Shown in pieces: positions 63,174 through 64,000 of a DNA stretch of 64,000 bases. The notes beneath the pieces were generated by a model that worked only from the letters and a program-made list of their open reading frames with translations, was not told the DNA's origin and did not search any database. The position numbers were made by a program, and so were the translations under genes. Position 1 is the first letter of the stretch. Every line of letters starts with the position of its first letter. This DNA is from Nitrospirota bacterium (GTDB lineage Bacteria; Nitrospirota; Thermodesulfovibrionia; Thermodesulfovibrionales; UBA9159): NCBI GenBank assembly GCA_963699545.1, contig CAVOUE010000002.1, forward strand, positions 1 to 64,000, given 5' to 3'.

Positions 63174-64000
63174 TCAGTTCTTCCCTGTTCCTTGATCCAC
63201 GTATTCAACCTTTGCCTTCTTCCTCAGGGCAGCGATCCATTCCGCCGCTCTCTCCTTCTTCTTCAAGACCTCCAGCTCCTGCTTTATCCTCCGCTTCATG
63301 TCATCAAAGGAGTACAGGCTTTCCGGCTTTTTGTCTTCAACCTTAATGAGATAAAAACCATATTTCGTCTCTACCGGCCCCGCGATCTCGCCTATAGGAA
63401 GACCGAAGATAGCCTTCTCGATCTCACCGTCCATTCTTCCTCTCTGGACATAGCCCAAATCCCCGTCTTTCTCCTTGTACGAATCCTCGGAGTGTTCGTG
63501 AGCGAGGGCCGCAAAGTCCTCACCGGATCTCGCACTCTGAAGTATCTCCACGGCCTTTTCACGTGCTCGTTCCTTGTCCTCGTTTCCCTTCAAAGGGTCG
63601 AATTTAATCGCGATATGGCGGAGCCTGATCATTTCCGGGTCCTTGAATCTGTCCCTGTTCTTCTCATAGTATGCCTTCACTTCATCATCCCGGACATTCA
63701 CCTTCTTCTCAACCTCCTCCCTGAATATCTTTTCCGTCATCAGGGCTTTCTCAATCCTCTTTTCATATTTCGCCTCGGTGAGCCTGTTCTTCCTGAGGGT
63801 CTCCTTAAACTCCTTTTCAGAGGGAAATCTCTTCTTGATCTCCGACAATCGCTCTTTTATCTCCTCCCTGCCCGCCGTCATCCCCTGTCTCTCTGCCTCC
63901 TGATATTCCAGCTCCTTATCGATAAGTTTCTCGACGGCCTCTTTTTTGAATGCCTCTCTTCTTTCGGGTGAGACATCCTTGTGATAAAGGGTCTGAGAGC
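63174..64000 (-). CDS. SurA/PpiC-type peptidyl-prolyl isomerase, 5' end outside the window
   Basis: LRHI, DFAALAHEHSED, GDLGY and GPVETKYGFYLIKV. Confidence 0.9.
   Translation of the reverse strand, partial: SQTLYHKDVSPERREAFKKEAVEKLIDKELEYQEAERQGMTAGREEIKERLSEIKKRFPSEKEFKETLRKNRLTEAKYEKRIEKALMTEKIFREEVEKKVNVRDDEVKAYYEKNRDRFKDPEMIRLRHIAIKFDPLKGNEDKERAREKAVEILQSARSGEDFAALAHEHSEDSYKEKDGDLGYVQRGRMDGEIEKAIFGLPIGEIAGPVETKYGFYLIKVEDKKPESLYSFDDMKRRIKQELEVLKKKERAAEWIAALRKKAKVEYVDQGTGKN

Noticed and set aside
1-64000. tRNA, rRNA, integrase, classical transposase or prophage genes
   Set aside because: None recognised by eye; a covariance-model scan would be needed to exclude small RNAs.

Overview
Bacterial chromosomal window, probably a long-read metagenome assembly from an anaerobe such as Nitrospirota or Desulfobacterota (inferred from gene content only). 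Many conserved genes carry single-base frameshifts. From left to right: (1) a Hyf-like membrane complex whose large subunit lacks the N-terminal NiFe cysteines (Ehr type), then hisG, leuC and a TPR protein; (2) a ~48 kb surface-glycosylation region with gmd/fcl, a flippase, GT2/GT4/GT9 enzymes, a polyprenol-phosphate-mannose synthase-like gene, a YfhO-like GT-C and ten TMTC-like (GT-C plus TPR) paralogs; (3) an OmcE-like tetraheme cytochrome cluster with a second multiheme cytochrome, an NHL protein, a beta-barrel and a PpiC chaperone. The most unusual signal is a GxxExxY gene bracketed by inverted 24-bp arms (CCACAGAG-NCACNGAG-NCACNGAG) and nested inside the 5' and 3' relics of a second GxxExxY allele. 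Gene-less 81-bp versions of the same arm pair sit in frame in three TMTC-like genes. Several other short-repeat families also lie in frame at fixed loop positions of the TMTC-like paralogs. All calls come from reading motifs by eye; no searches were run.
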